From IMG/VR virus record IMGVR_UViG_3300029240_000001: a stretch of 64,000 bases of DNA; one strand, 5' to 3'. Below the pieces are notes generated by a model, which did no database searches, was not told the origin of the DNA, and saw only the letters and a program-made list of their open reading frames with translations. The translations under genes were made by a program, and so were the position numbers. Position 1 is the first letter of the stretch; the number at the start of each line of letters is the position of its first letter. Origin of the DNA: a virus. This document shows, piece after piece, positions 18,298 through 27,041 of this stretch.

Positions 18298-18427
18298 GCA
18301 ACAACGCCGACTGTTGACGGCGAAAGAATATCAGCAGAGCAAAGAGTGAGAGCGGCTTAGGCTCTTAGGGCTTGCGTATGTGCAATAAACATACTCCATT
18401 CATTCACATGAAGAAGGAGGTATTTTA

Positions 18428-18616
18428 ATGAACAAGTTCGAGCAAATTGGCGTAAACTTACAGTATGACGCCATGAACAAAGAGCAAGCACTCAGGGCTT
18501 TCAGATATTCCTGTGAGTGCTGTTGCACAAAAGGTATGTGGCTTAACTGTGAGCACTGTGCCATTTACTGCACACATCAGTTAGTCATGGCATGCTTTGA
18601 CAGCAAGAAGAAATAA
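18428..18616 (+). CDS. small Cys-rich protein (62 aa)
   Basis: GAAGGAGG SD; CECCC..C..C..C cluster. Confidence 0.6.
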   Translation: MNKFEQIGVNLQYDAMNKEQALRAFRYSCECCCTKGMWLNCEHCAIYCTHQLVMACFDSKKK

Positions 18617-18622
18617 CACAAT

Positions 18623-18660
18623 AGGCACCCATGCTCCATGGGCAAGGGTGCCTTATTTAT
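18623..18660 (+). terminator. intrinsic-terminator-like hairpin
   Basis: AGGCACCC/GGGTGCCT 8-bp stem followed by TTATTTAT. Confidence 0.5.
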
Positions 18661-18682
18661 GCCCAAAAGGAGTTTTGCAAAA

Positions 18683-18835
18683 ATGAAAGCATACTACCGC
18701 GAGAAGATCCGTTTGCTTGCCGCATTTGGGATTCCCATCACTGAACGGATTGAGAATCATCTCAAAAGCTGCACAAACGAAATCCAAATGGATAATTATT
18801 GCCATAGCCTTATTGCTAATTGGCTGGATAAATAA
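18683..18835 (+). CDS. small hypothetical protein (50 aa)
   Basis: Start moved to MKAYYREK (AAAGGAG SD); the track start lies inside the upstream hairpin. Confidence 0.5.
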   Translation: MKAYYREKIRLLAAFGIPITERIENHLKSCTNEIQMDNYCHSLIANWLDK

Positions 18836-18853
18836 GCGAAAGGAGAAAGCGAA

Positions 18854-19033
18854 ATGAAAAATCTGTGCCTCTGTATGGCTGCACTGAGTGCCGCCGTATT
18901 TCTGACATTGATGCTTGCGTGGAGGTGTGCCGCAATTACGACATTCTTTGCGATTCTCGGCATCATCATCTCGCTGTCCAACGCAATTGCAATGACGTAT
19001 ATTGCGGTTGAGCTTGAGAAGGGAGGTAAATAA
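18854..19033 (+). CDS. small two-TM membrane protein (59 aa, below ORF-track cutoff)
   Basis: Hand-translated MKNLCLCMAALSAAVFLTLMLAW...FFAILGIIISLSNAIAM; AAAGGAGAAAG SD. Confidence 0.55.
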   Translation: MKNLCLCMAALSAAVFLTLMLAWRCAAITTFFAILGIIISLSNAIAMTYIAVELEKGGK

Positions 19034-19036
19034 CAT

Positions 19037-19234
19037 ATGTTTCAGGTGAAAATCTTCACTGACAACGACGCATTCAGAAGCGAAAGCAAGGATGCGTTTA
19101 TGGACAAGTACGCACTCGCAAGCGAGATTGAAAAAGTCTTGCGAACAATTCCTGCAAAAATCACTTGCGGCTATGAGCATGGTATGCTCTTTGACAGCAA
19201 CGGAAACAACGTTGGCGAATGGAGAATTAAGTAA
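19037..19234 (+). CDS. small hypothetical protein (65 aa)
   Basis: AGGGAGG SD; operon spacing. Confidence 0.6.
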   Translation: MFQVKIFTDNDAFRSESKDAFMDKYALASEIEKVLRTIPAKITCGYEHGMLFDSNGNNVGEWRIK

Positions 19235-19350
19235 GCGAAACCTTTATCATGCCCACAACGGAAATTTGTTGTGGGTATCATTAAGGGCTTTGCTCAAATA
19301 AGAAAAAGGAGGTATAATAAAAGGGAAAAAGAAAAAAGGAGTTGAGGCAA

Positions 19351-19554
19351 ATGTCAGTAAATCTAAAACAAGTTTATAATGCAATTCATGATCTCGGAAG
19401 GGAAATAGTCATGCTTGAGTCCCATGATGATGGAATTGGAATTGCTTTTGAAACTGACGGAGGCATAATTAGGTGTGAGTTTGACGGAGCCCGCAAATTG
19501 ACTGGAATTTTTGTAGACAAAAATATGGATAACTACAAATTCATAAAGGGGTGA
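19351..19554 (+). CDS. small hypothetical protein (67 aa)
   Basis: Start moved to MSVNLKQ (AAAGGAG SD). Confidence 0.6.
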   Translation: MSVNLKQVYNAIHDLGREIVMLESHDDGIGIAFETDGGIIRCEFDGARKLTGIFVDKNMDNYKFIKG

Positions 19555-19853
19555 TCACGATAGAGTCAGACGTAAGGGAAATGCTGGAAGCCATATTGCA
19601 AGGCATGGACAGCATTGAAAAGCGAATAACTTCCGAAACGGAGGCATTGCGTCAAGACATCAATAGAGTCAATCTCACAATGGAAAATGAAATTAAGCCA
19701 AACATTCAATTGTTGGCTGAAGGATTCGCAAGGCTTCCTGACTTTCATAAAATGGAAAGCGACGTTGAAAATATAAAACGAGATGTGAACACAATAAAAG
19801 ACGTCGTTACCCAACAAAGCAAAGACATAAGTAAATTACAAATAATCAAATAA
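19551..19853 (+). CDS. coiled-coil protein (100 aa; start uncertain)
   Basis: GTG overlapping the upstream TGA; heptad-like sequence; alternative ATG at 19581. Confidence 0.5.
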   Translation: MITIESDVREMLEAILQGMDSIEKRITSETEALRQDINRVNLTMENEIKPNIQLLAEGFARLPDFHKMESDVENIKRDVNTIKDVVTQQSKDISKLQIIK

Positions 19854-19860
19854 AATTTAA

Positions 19861-19893
19861 AGGCATTTTCTGCAAGGAAAGTGCCTTTATTTT
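19861..19893 (+). terminator. intrinsic terminator
   Basis: AGGCATTTTC/GAAAGTGCCT stem then TTATTTT. Confidence 0.65.
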
Positions 19894-19915
19894 GCGAAAA
19901 AATGGAGGAATGGAG

Positions 19916-20071
19916 ATGAAACGTAAAAAAGCAACATACAAAGAACAGCTAAAAGAACTGCAAGATTTTGTTAACAATGATATGCCAAAAATCATTGAAT
20001 CTCAAAGGAAAGCAATTCAAGAGTTTGAAAAACTCGTAAAGAGAAATAACTTTTCTAAGAAAAGTAAATAA
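19916..20071 (+). CDS. small basic hypothetical protein (51 aa, below cutoff)
   Basis: Hand-translated MKRKKATYKEQLKELQDF...; GGAGGAATGGAG SD. Confidence 0.5.
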   Translation: MKRKKATYKEQLKELQDFVNNDMPKIIESQRKAIQEFEKLVKRNNFSKKSK

Positions 20072-20075
20072 CACG

Positions 20076-20090
20076 ACAACACAAAATTAT
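20076..20090 (+). promoter_or_regulatory. conserved box variant ACAACACAAAATTAT
   Basis: One mismatch to consensus; 22 nt upstream of the lipoprotein gene start. Confidence 0.4.
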
Positions 20091-20111
20091 TTTTGAAAGG
20101 AAAATGACATC

Positions 20112-20273
20112 ATGAAAAAGATTATTGCCGCCATCCTTGCTGCTATGATCATCCTGACACTGGGTGCCTGTGGAGCAAAGGACGAATTCAACCGAGGGCG
20201 AGAGGACGCAAAGAACGGAAACGGATATAATCCGAAGGCAACTGCAATGCAAACGGTAAATGCAGAAAAGTAA
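20112..20273 (+). CDS. small lipoprotein (53 aa, below cutoff)
   Basis: MKKIIAAILAAMIILTLGAC: signal peptide with lipobox L-G-A-C; the opposite-strand 90-aa ORF is rejected. Confidence 0.65.
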   Translation: MKKIIAAILAAMIILTLGACGAKDEFNRGREDAKNGNGYNPKATAMQTVNAEK

Positions 20274-20323
20274 GATTAAAAATGGAGCAGATATTACAGC
20301 ACTTATGAAGTAAAGTATACACA

Positions 20324-20338
20324 ACAATACAAGATTAT
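20324..20338 (+). promoter_or_regulatory. conserved box variant ACAATACAAGATTAT
   Basis: One mismatch; 32 nt upstream of the 20370 start. Confidence 0.4.
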
Positions 20339-20369
20339 CGCCTCATAAGGCAGAAAGGGAATTGACATT

Positions 20370-20840
20370 ATGAAAAACATCATGGATAACCGGACAGTTT
20401 CTATTGAACGTGCAAAGTATGACGTGATTATTGAAAATGCAAAGGTTCATAAAGGCAAAGCAGTTTACTGCATCACAACTGGCGAGTATTTTCGTTCCGC
20501 AAGAGAAGCGGCAGAACACTGTGAAATTTCGTATGGCTCACTGGTTCAGTGTCTTAATGGGAATTCTAAAACCTGCGGAAGCGGCAAAGGAAACAATAAT
20601 AAAGGGCTGCAGTTCTGCTACATTGCAGATCTTGCAACCGCACTTCCTGCAATTTCAAAGCAAACGATTGAAATGAAACAGAACGGCCTTTCTAAAGAAG
20701 ATGTCGCAAGACTGAGAAAAGAGATCAATGATTTGAAAGAAGAAATCAAGGAAAAAGATAACAAAATTGCAGCTCAGGCTATTACTATCAATGATTACAA
20801 AGCAAAGCTTGACCTTATTTCTAATGCACTTGCTGGATAA
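20370..20840 (+). CDS. putative DNA-binding protein (NUMOD1/IENR1-like HTH) with coiled-coil tail
   Basis: VYCITTGEYFRSAREAAEHCEISYGSLVQCLNG resembles the homing-endonuclease-associated HTH module; no nuclease domain. Confidence 0.4.
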   Translation: MKNIMDNRTVSIERAKYDVIIENAKVHKGKAVYCITTGEYFRSAREAAEHCEISYGSLVQCLNGNSKTCGSGKGNNNKGLQFCYIADLATALPAISKQTIEMKQNGLSKEDVARLRKEINDLKEEIKEKDNKIAAQAITINDYKAKLDLISNALAG

Positions 20841-20853
20841 GGAGGAAACAAAA

Positions 20854-22449
20854 ATGGATGTAAGCGAAATCATTACAGAAGAAGAGAGATATGTGTTGCT
20901 CAATGACATGGAGCAGTTGCTTTCTGAGTATGACTACAAGTTCACAGGTTATGCACTGAACAAAATCATTGACACGTGGGCAACCAACAAGGCAGATCTG
21001 ATTAAGGCATTCAAGCGTCATCCGAACTATCTCGAAGGCAAATTCATGATTGTATTCAGCCATGAATTTGAACGTAAAACTGACCAAAATGCATTTGAAA
21101 AATTCAAAATTTGGTTGCTTTTTTACGCATTCAATGCAGTAAGAGAATTTATGCCAGAGGACATGAAAGACGAAGTCGTATCCGGCGGCAAGAAATATCC
21201 AGATGCAGTTTATGAGTTTATTCTTGATTTGCCAAATATGACGAATCAGTATATTGATGACAATATTGTAGAAAAACTCAATGAAATCAATCCAAATCTT
21301 CATGCTCACAATGGACAGAAAATGAGCCGTGTTATTAACAAGTTTTGTTCATGGATTTGTTTTGACAAATTGCCTGATTACAATAGGGAATTTGCAAAAT
21401 ATGCGGATGCACTCAACCCGCTGACAATCACAAGGCATACTGTCCTTTCTGTGAATCCGCTCGACTATCTCACAATGTCATTCGGCAATTCGTGGGCAAG
21501 CTGCCACACAATTGACAAGAGAAACAAGCGTGGCATGCCAAATAGCTATGAAGGAATGTACTCGTCTGGCACTATTAGTTATATGCTTGATAGTCCGTCT
21601 ATGGTATTTTACACTGTGGATGCATCTTATAATGGAAACGATTTCTGGAATGAACCGAAAATCAACCGTCAGATGTTCCATTGGGGCGAAGAGAAACTTG
21701 TTCAGGGACGCCTCTATCCACAAGATAATGACGGAGACAATTCTGTATACACTCCATATAGAGAAATCGTTCAAAAAGTCATGTCTGAGCTTTTTAGTTT
21801 GCCAAACTATTGGACAGTTAGCAAGGGAACTGATGCGGCAGGCAAATTCATTAATTCGGACGGTACACACTACAGAGACTATGACAACTATTCTAATTGC
21901 ACTTTGAGCCGTCCAAAGGGAAGCGAAAACGACAGATATATCACTGTTGGGCATGATCCGATTTGCATTGAATGTGGAAGCGAGCATGATACCGAAGATT
22001 GCATCTCGTGTTGCAGCAGGCCAAGCGAATACTACTGTTCGGAATGCGGCGAGCCAATTGATGACGATGATGTGATTTGGATTAACGACGAACCGTATTG
22101 CCGTGATTGCGTGACTTGGTGTGAAGAATGCAAATCATATTTTGTTGGCGAAGGAACAAATGTCATTAGTAGATATGGATATACAATCACCGTATGTGAT
22201 GATTGCCTTGATAGCTACACATACTGTGATTGTTGTGATAAATACCATCCAAGCGAAATGACTTACTGGATTGATGTAGATTGTGAAAGTGTATGTGGTG
22301 ATTGCTTCTTTGAGAATTATGGAACTTGCGAATCTTGTGGAGAACATTATAAGCTTAAAGATCTTGAAGATCACAACGGAAATCTGCTTTGTCCATCATG
22401 TCTGGAAGATGCAATTGACAAAGAATCAGAAATGGAAGAAGCGGTTTAA
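20854..22449 (+). CDS. large hypothetical protein with C-terminal array of ~8 CxxC zinc-ribbon units
   Basis: Start moved to MDVSEIIT (AAGGAGG SD); C-terminal 170 aa carry CIEC, CSEC, CRDC, CEEC, CDDC, CDCC, CGDC, CESC, CPSC. Confidence 0.65.
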   Translation: MDVSEIITEEERYVLLNDMEQLLSEYDYKFTGYALNKIIDTWATNKADLIKAFKRHPNYLEGKFMIVFSHEFERKTDQNAFEKFKIWLLFYAFNAVREFMPEDMKDEVVSGGKKYPDAVYEFILDLPNMTNQYIDDNIVEKLNEINPNLHAHNGQKMSRVINKFCSWICFDKLPDYNREFAKYADALNPLTITRHTVLSVNPLDYLTMSFGNSWASCHTIDKRNKRGMPNSYEGMYSSGTISYMLDSPSMVFYTVDASYNGNDFWNEPKINRQMFHWGEEKLVQGRLYPQDNDGDNSVYTPYREIVQKVMSELFSLPNYWTVSKGTDAAGKFINSDGTHYRDYDNYSNCTLSRPKGSENDRYITVGHDPICIECGSEHDTEDCISCCSRPSEYYCSECGEPIDDDDVIWINDEPYCRDCVTWCEECKSYFVGEGTNVISRYGYTITVCDDCLDSYTYCDCCDKYHPSEMTYWIDVDCESVCGDCFFENYGTCESCGEHYKLKDLEDHNGNLLCPSCLEDAIDKESEMEEAV

Positions 22450-22466
22450 TAAGGAGGCAAATAATT

Positions 22467-23399
22467 ATGAATAAAGATTTTGAAAAGATTTGTAAGATGT
22501 CTCAAGCAGGTCTTAAAAATTATGTAAAGCAAAAGTTGCAAAAGACGCATCACACAGTGCTTTCTAGAGATGGATATGTATATGCACAAGGGAAATTCCC
22601 TGTGCTGTTGGTTGCACATCTTGACACTGTGCATGAAAAGCTTCCTAATATGTTCATGTATAGCAAAAAGAACAATAGAGTTTCAAGCCCTAACGGAATC
22701 GGAGGCGACGATAGATGTGGCGTTTACATGATTTTCAAGATTCTTGAAAAGTTTAACTGCTCTGTTCTGTTCTGCGAGGACGAAGAGGTTGGTTGCGTAG
22801 GCTCAAGTAAGTTTGCAGACTCTGAGCTGGCAAGAAATCTTGAGTTCAATTACATCATTGAATTTGATCGTGCTAACGCAAATGATGCAGTGTTTTATTC
22901 CTGTGCAAACGATGAGTTTGAGGACTTTATTACCAAGGAATTTTATAAAACAGCGTATGGATCTTATTCTGATATCTGTGAAGTTGCTCCGGCACTTGGT
23001 TGTGCGGCAGTAAATCTGTCATGTGGCTATTACAAGCAGCACACAAAGGAAGAGTACGTTATCCTTTCTGAAATGGAAAGAAGCATCAAGGAAGCGTGCA
23101 AGATTCTTGAGCGCACAACGGAGGCCGACAAGTTTGAGTATGTAGAAGCGCCGAGTCGTTATGGAAGTTTGTACAGTTTCAACAATTATGCAGACAGTTA
23201 TTCTTATGAAGATGTTAAATATGACTATGGGTATTATCTCATTGAGTATGTCAATGCAGACGGGGCAACAGAGTGGTATGACACAGACGCATTCACAAAG
23301 GAAGAAGCTGTTGGCAGATTCCTGATGTTGCATCCCGACATTTCATACGGAGATGTTGTTGACGTATGTGTTGACAAAGAATTGTATAGATATTGTTAA
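22467..23399 (+). CDS. M20/M28/M42-type zinc metallopeptidase-like protein
   Basis: VAHLDTVH, GGDDRCG, EDEEVGCVG in the order of the H/D, D, EE metal ligands of that clan. Confidence 0.5.
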   Translation: MNKDFEKICKMSQAGLKNYVKQKLQKTHHTVLSRDGYVYAQGKFPVLLVAHLDTVHEKLPNMFMYSKKNNRVSSPNGIGGDDRCGVYMIFKILEKFNCSVLFCEDEEVGCVGSSKFADSELARNLEFNYIIEFDRANANDAVFYSCANDEFEDFITKEFYKTAYGSYSDICEVAPALGCAAVNLSCGYYKQHTKEEYVILSEMERSIKEACKILERTTEADKFEYVEAPSRYGSLYSFNNYADSYSYEDVKYDYGYYLIEYVNADGATEWYDTDAFTKEEAVGRFLMLHPDISYGDVVDVCVDKELYRYC

Positions 23400-23489
23400 A
23401 ATGCGAAGCAAGAGTTGAAGAAATAATATAATAATGATAAAATAAATAACGGACAATATATAAGAATTGAAAAATAGGAGGTAAATAAA

Positions 23490-23633
23490 ATGATTGTTCT
23501 CTTGCTTATCGTTATTGCTTGCGTGCTACTATTCGGAAAGGAAGAAACTAAAAGCGGAATTATTAGCCTGATTGCAGTCCTATTTGTACTTGGGCTTATC
23601 GGAATGCTTGCTAACGCTTGCGGAATGCTTTAA
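23490..23633 (+). CDS. small two-TM membrane protein (47 aa, below cutoff)
   Basis: Hand-translated MIVLLLIVIACVLLFGKE...LIAVLFVLGLIGML; TAGGAGG SD. Confidence 0.5.
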   Translation: MIVLLLIVIACVLLFGKEETKSGIISLIAVLFVLGLIGMLANACGML

Positions 23634-23757
23634 CTAAAAAACGCACATTTATAAGGCAAAAATAAAGCTAACTTTTCGGCAGTATAGTTTGCCCTGTAAA
23701 GGAAGTCACTATCAAAAAACACACATATAACAGGGCAAATTAATGCAAAAACAATAA

Positions 23758-23774
23758 ACAATACAAAATTATAG
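23758..23774 (+). promoter_or_regulatory. conserved box ACAATACAAAATTATAG
   Basis: Perfect core at 23758-23772; SD GAGGGAG starts 1 nt after TATAG. Confidence 0.6.
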
Positions 23775-23787
23775 AGGGAGTGATAAA

Positions 23788-24288
23788 ATGGAAATATCAA
23801 TGTTAGTTGAGTTCCGAATATTACAAAAGATAAATGGAAAATATATTCCAATTTCAAATAAGGAAGCGAAAGCTGTGTCAATTGGTGGATTTGGCTTTGA
23901 AATTAACGGAGCAGAAATTCCATTTGATTGGGATGCTTTCACTGGAACAGAGTGTAACAAAGTGTTCCAATTCCAAACAGGCAAGGGGTTCTTGTTTGAT
24001 GATTATGAAATCTCAGATTGCTATGATGAAGAATTTGAAGAAATAGGAATCGCAAAAGAAGATATTACAGCAGAATTTCTTGCATCAACAACACATATTG
24101 ATGAATTCCTTGTGGATTTTGAAGATGTAAATAAAAATGAACAGGCACTTGGAGGATGTGGACAGAATGGAGATGATGAAGAAGAATATAGAATTGAAAT
24201 TTTGGAAATGAAATTCATAGACATGGGAACTGATGAAGAATATTACGTAAAACAAAATGTGCTTGATAATTATAATAAAGGGATTTAA
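23788..24288 (+). CDS. acidic hypothetical protein (166 aa)
   Basis: GAGGGAG SD; strongly acidic composition. Confidence 0.65.
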   Translation: MEISMLVEFRILQKINGKYIPISNKEAKAVSIGGFGFEINGAEIPFDWDAFTGTECNKVFQFQTGKGFLFDDYEISDCYDEEFEEIGIAKEDITAEFLASTTHIDEFLVDFEDVNKNEQALGGCGQNGDDEEEYRIEILEMKFIDMGTDEEYYVKQNVLDNYNKGI

Positions 24289-24302
24289 GGGAGATAAAAC
24301 AA

Positions 24303-24545
24303 ATGATTGTAACATTACGCAAATTTCTTGAAATTGCGCCAGACATTATATGTCCTTATATATGCATCGTGTATCTTGAATATGAGCACGAAGATTGGGG
24401 GACAGATACAAAACAATTATTCAATCCATTAAAAAATATTAATAAACTTGATGATTATCTTGATTATGAAATTGTTGATTTTCATCAAGAATATTTTTAT
24501 GGAGAGCTTGACGCACAGTATGTTACATTGAGGGAGGTAAAGTAA
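24303..24545 (+). CDS. hypothetical protein (80 aa)
   Basis: AAGGGAG SD. Confidence 0.6.
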   Translation: MIVTLRKFLEIAPDIICPYICIVYLEYEHEDWGTDTKQLFNPLKNINKLDDYLDYEIVDFHQEYFYGELDAQYVTLREVK

Positions 24546-24546
24546 A

Positions 24547-24740
24547 ATGAAAAAATTCGTAAATGGTTCTTTAAACTGCTCACTGGTTATGATCTGGTTG
24601 AGTATGAAGACGTCATGAAAGAATGGAAGGCAACACTCGACAGCGCAAAAAGAATTGCGGATATTAATGACTGCCTCATAAAGCATTCTGGTGAAGTTGT
24701 GGATTTGCTGAATAGCTATCTTAATGAGGAAGAAAAGTAA
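24547..24740 (+). pseudogene. ~65-codon gene interrupted at an A6 run right after ATG (frameshift or slippage)
   Basis: ATGAAAAAATTCG: frame 1 stops after 23 codons; the -1 frame is open to 24740 (IRKWFFKLLTGYDLVEYEDVMKEW...) but has no start of its own. Confidence 0.4.
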
Positions 24741-24741
24741 A

Positions 24742-25185
24742 ATGAAAATGTTCACAGAGGAGGAACAAATTATGAACGTATCAAGAGAACTTAAAAAGAA
24801 AGAAGCAATTAAACGCATGGAAGCACTCGGACTCTTTGCTCCATGCATTAAGGCATTTAAAAACAGAGATGAAGTGCAGCTTACTGAGCCGACAGGAGGC
24901 TTGTACGAATTTAGCAGTAACAAAGAACTCACAGCAAAGGTACAGGAGTTTGAAAAGGAACATAATGCACTTGTGTATCATGTAATTCATACTCCTACAA
25001 TGGAAATGGACATGTACAATTTCTTGTATGTGTCTGATTATGATGAAGAGTGGGAAATGGAAAATGAAGACATCAAAGATGGGTATGTGTTCGCCTATGT
25101 GTGGAACACAACAGTGGATTATTTCAGTGAGTTTGGCAGCATTGCAGTGCAAGGCAGATTTGGTGGACTTGTACGAATTGGCTAA
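24742..25185 (+). CDS. hypothetical protein (147 aa)
   Basis: Start moved to MKMFTEEEQ (GAGGAAG SD). Confidence 0.6.
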   Translation: MKMFTEEEQIMNVSRELKKKEAIKRMEALGLFAPCIKAFKNRDEVQLTEPTGGLYEFSSNKELTAKVQEFEKEHNALVYHVIHTPTMEMDMYNFLYVSDYDEEWEMENEDIKDGYVFAYVWNTTVDYFSEFGSIAVQGRFGGLVRIG

Positions 25186-25267
25186 AAGAAATTTATTAAT
25201 AACGACATATTGAATTTTTCAAGACAGAGGTGATATAATAAGAATAAAGAAAAGGGAGTTGGTATAA

Positions 25268-25558
25268 ATGGAAAACAAAGAATTGCAAGAAGTGGTAGAC
25301 GCGATAATGCGTGGAATGAACGCATTAGAAGATAGCATGAATCAAAAATTTGCAGAAGTGAATAAGAAATTCGAGGCAATAGATGAGAGATTTGATGCTA
25401 TTGATAAGAGATTCGACGCAATGGACAAAAGATTCGATACACTTGAAGAAAAAGTTGAAGACTTAGAGGAGGCTATTCTTGATATGGGCATTGTTAAGGC
25501 AACCGTAGATAAACATGACCATGATATCAAGAGATTGAAAAGAAATGCAACAATGTAA
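25268..25558 (+). CDS. coiled-coil protein with four tandem 7-aa (21-nt) repeats
   Basis: KKFEAID-ERFDAID-KRFDAMD-KRFDTLE encoded at 25364-25447; AAGGGAG SD. Confidence 0.65.
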   Translation: MENKELQEVVDAIMRGMNALEDSMNQKFAEVNKKFEAIDERFDAIDKRFDAMDKRFDTLEEKVEDLEEAILDMGIVKATVDKHDHDIKRLKRNATM

Positions 25559-25587
25559 GAACGAGGGATTTTTGTCCCTTGTCTTAT

Positions 25588-25602
25588 ACAATACAAAATT
25601 AT
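25588..25602 (+). promoter_or_regulatory. conserved box ACAATACAAAATTAT preceded by a hairpin
   Basis: Perfect core; AGGGA-TTTTTG-TCCCT hairpin at 25565-25580. Confidence 0.55.
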
Positions 25603-25624
25603 TGAAAAGAAAAGGAGGTATATA

Positions 25625-25831
25625 ATGCTTTGCATGTATGGTGCAGAAAGCGATAATGTGTGTGCTTATTGCAAAAAACATAGAAAGGGAATGACGGTAA
25701 AGCAAGTCAAAACAAAAGAATGCTTGAAAAAAAACTGCTGGCACTTAGTAAAGTATGAAGACCATTCGTGGTGGAAACAGCGTGAGGTTATTAAGGCAAA
25801 AAGAAAAGTAAGAAAAACTATGTATTATTAA
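25625..25831 (+). CDS. small basic Cys-rich protein (68 aa)
   Basis: AAGGAGG SD. Confidence 0.6.
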   Translation: MLCMYGAESDNVCAYCKKHRKGMTVKQVKTKECLKKNCWHLVKYEDHSWWKQREVIKAKRKVRKTMYY

Positions 25832-25845
25832 AGGAGATTAAAATT

Positions 25846-26823
25846 ATGGCACATTGTATTGAAATGAACGATAGCCTCTTTTCAGTAAGAGAAAAACCAT
25901 GGCATTACGCAACGACCAAAGATAGATGCAAAATCCTTGCGGATGCTCCCAACAGTGCAGAAGCGCTCAAACTGGCAGGGCTTGATTGGACTGTTGAACA
26001 GACCCCTGTCTTTATGGATGATGGAACGGAAATCAAGAACTACAAGGCAAACATCAGAAGTGATGATAAAACTGTGCTTGGCATTGTAACGAATAGATAT
26101 AAAATTGTACAGAATGCAGACGCATTTTCCTTCACTGATGCAATTGTTGGTGAAACGGAAGATGGAATTGTTCGCTATGAAACCGCAGGTTCTCTCAACG
26201 GAGGTAAAAGAGTTTGGCTGCTTGCAAAGATGCCGACTAAGAAAGTGCTTGATGACGATGTGGAACCTTATATGGTGTTCTCTAATTCTCATGACGGAAC
26301 TGGAGCAATCAAGATTTGCATGACTCCGATTCGAGTCGTTTGCAATAATACTCTCTCACTTGCACTTAACACCGCTCAGCGTTCTTGGAGCACAAAGCAT
26401 GTTGGAAATCTCGATGAAAAGCTTGCAGAAGCGAGACATTGCCTTGGTATGGCAAATCTTTATATGGATGCACTTGACGAAGAGGCAGATAGACTTGCGA
26501 ATATTAAACTTGATTTTGAACAAATCAATGAAATCCTCGATCAGATGTTCCCTGTAACGGACAATGATTCTGATCGTAAGAAAGCAAACATTCAGAAAGT
26601 AAAGGATAACTATTCTGTCTGCTACTTTATGCCTGATATTGCTAAGTTTAAAGGAACTGCATGGGGCGCTGTGAATGCGATGAGTGATATGATCGGGCAT
26701 AGCGCTCCGAACAGGAACACTGCGAACTATGAAGAAAACCGATGGGGAAAAATCATGGACGGTCATGCATGGATGGACGAGTTCGTCAAGCTAGTTAACG
26801 CAAAGGTTGGGGTTGGAGCTTAA
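25846..26823 (+). CDS. DUF932-type phage/plasmid-like protein
   Basis: KPWH...AGLDWTVE...NIRSDD..VLGIVTNRYKIVQN.DAF.F.D...GSLNGGKRVWLLAK is the characteristic DUF932/TIGR03299 layout (from memory). Confidence 0.7.
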   Translation: MAHCIEMNDSLFSVREKPWHYATTKDRCKILADAPNSAEALKLAGLDWTVEQTPVFMDDGTEIKNYKANIRSDDKTVLGIVTNRYKIVQNADAFSFTDAIVGETEDGIVRYETAGSLNGGKRVWLLAKMPTKKVLDDDVEPYMVFSNSHDGTGAIKICMTPIRVVCNNTLSLALNTAQRSWSTKHVGNLDEKLAEARHCLGMANLYMDALDEEADRLANIKLDFEQINEILDQMFPVTDNDSDRKKANIQKVKDNYSVCYFMPDIAKFKGTAWGAVNAMSDMIGHSAPNRNTANYEENRWGKIMDGHAWMDEFVKLVNAKVGVGA

Positions 26824-26857
26824 TGCTCCAGCCCTTACAAGAAAGGAGTTAGCAAAA

Positions 26858-27040
26858 ATGAGAGACCCCAAGAGAATTGACAAGTTCTGTGAGATACTTA
26901 AGGTATACTGGCACATGGTTCCCGATTGGAGATTTATGCAGTTGGTATGTAATCTTCAGGCACAGATTGGAAGTGACGGTTTCTATCTGGAAGACGATAA
27001 GGCAATGGAACTGATTGAGCAGATGCTGAAAGGAGAATAA
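26858..27040 (+). CDS. small hypothetical protein (60 aa)
   Basis: Start moved to MRDPKRID (AAAGGAG SD). Confidence 0.55.
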   Translation: MRDPKRIDKFCEILKVYWHMVPDWRFMQLVCNLQAQIGSDGFYLEDDKAMELIEQMLKGE

Positions 27041-27041
27041 A

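Noticed and set aside
20055-20327. 90-aa minus-strand ORF
   Set aside because: It is antisense to a well-signalled small lipoprotein gene (20112-20273) and to a promoter-box copy, and has no SD.
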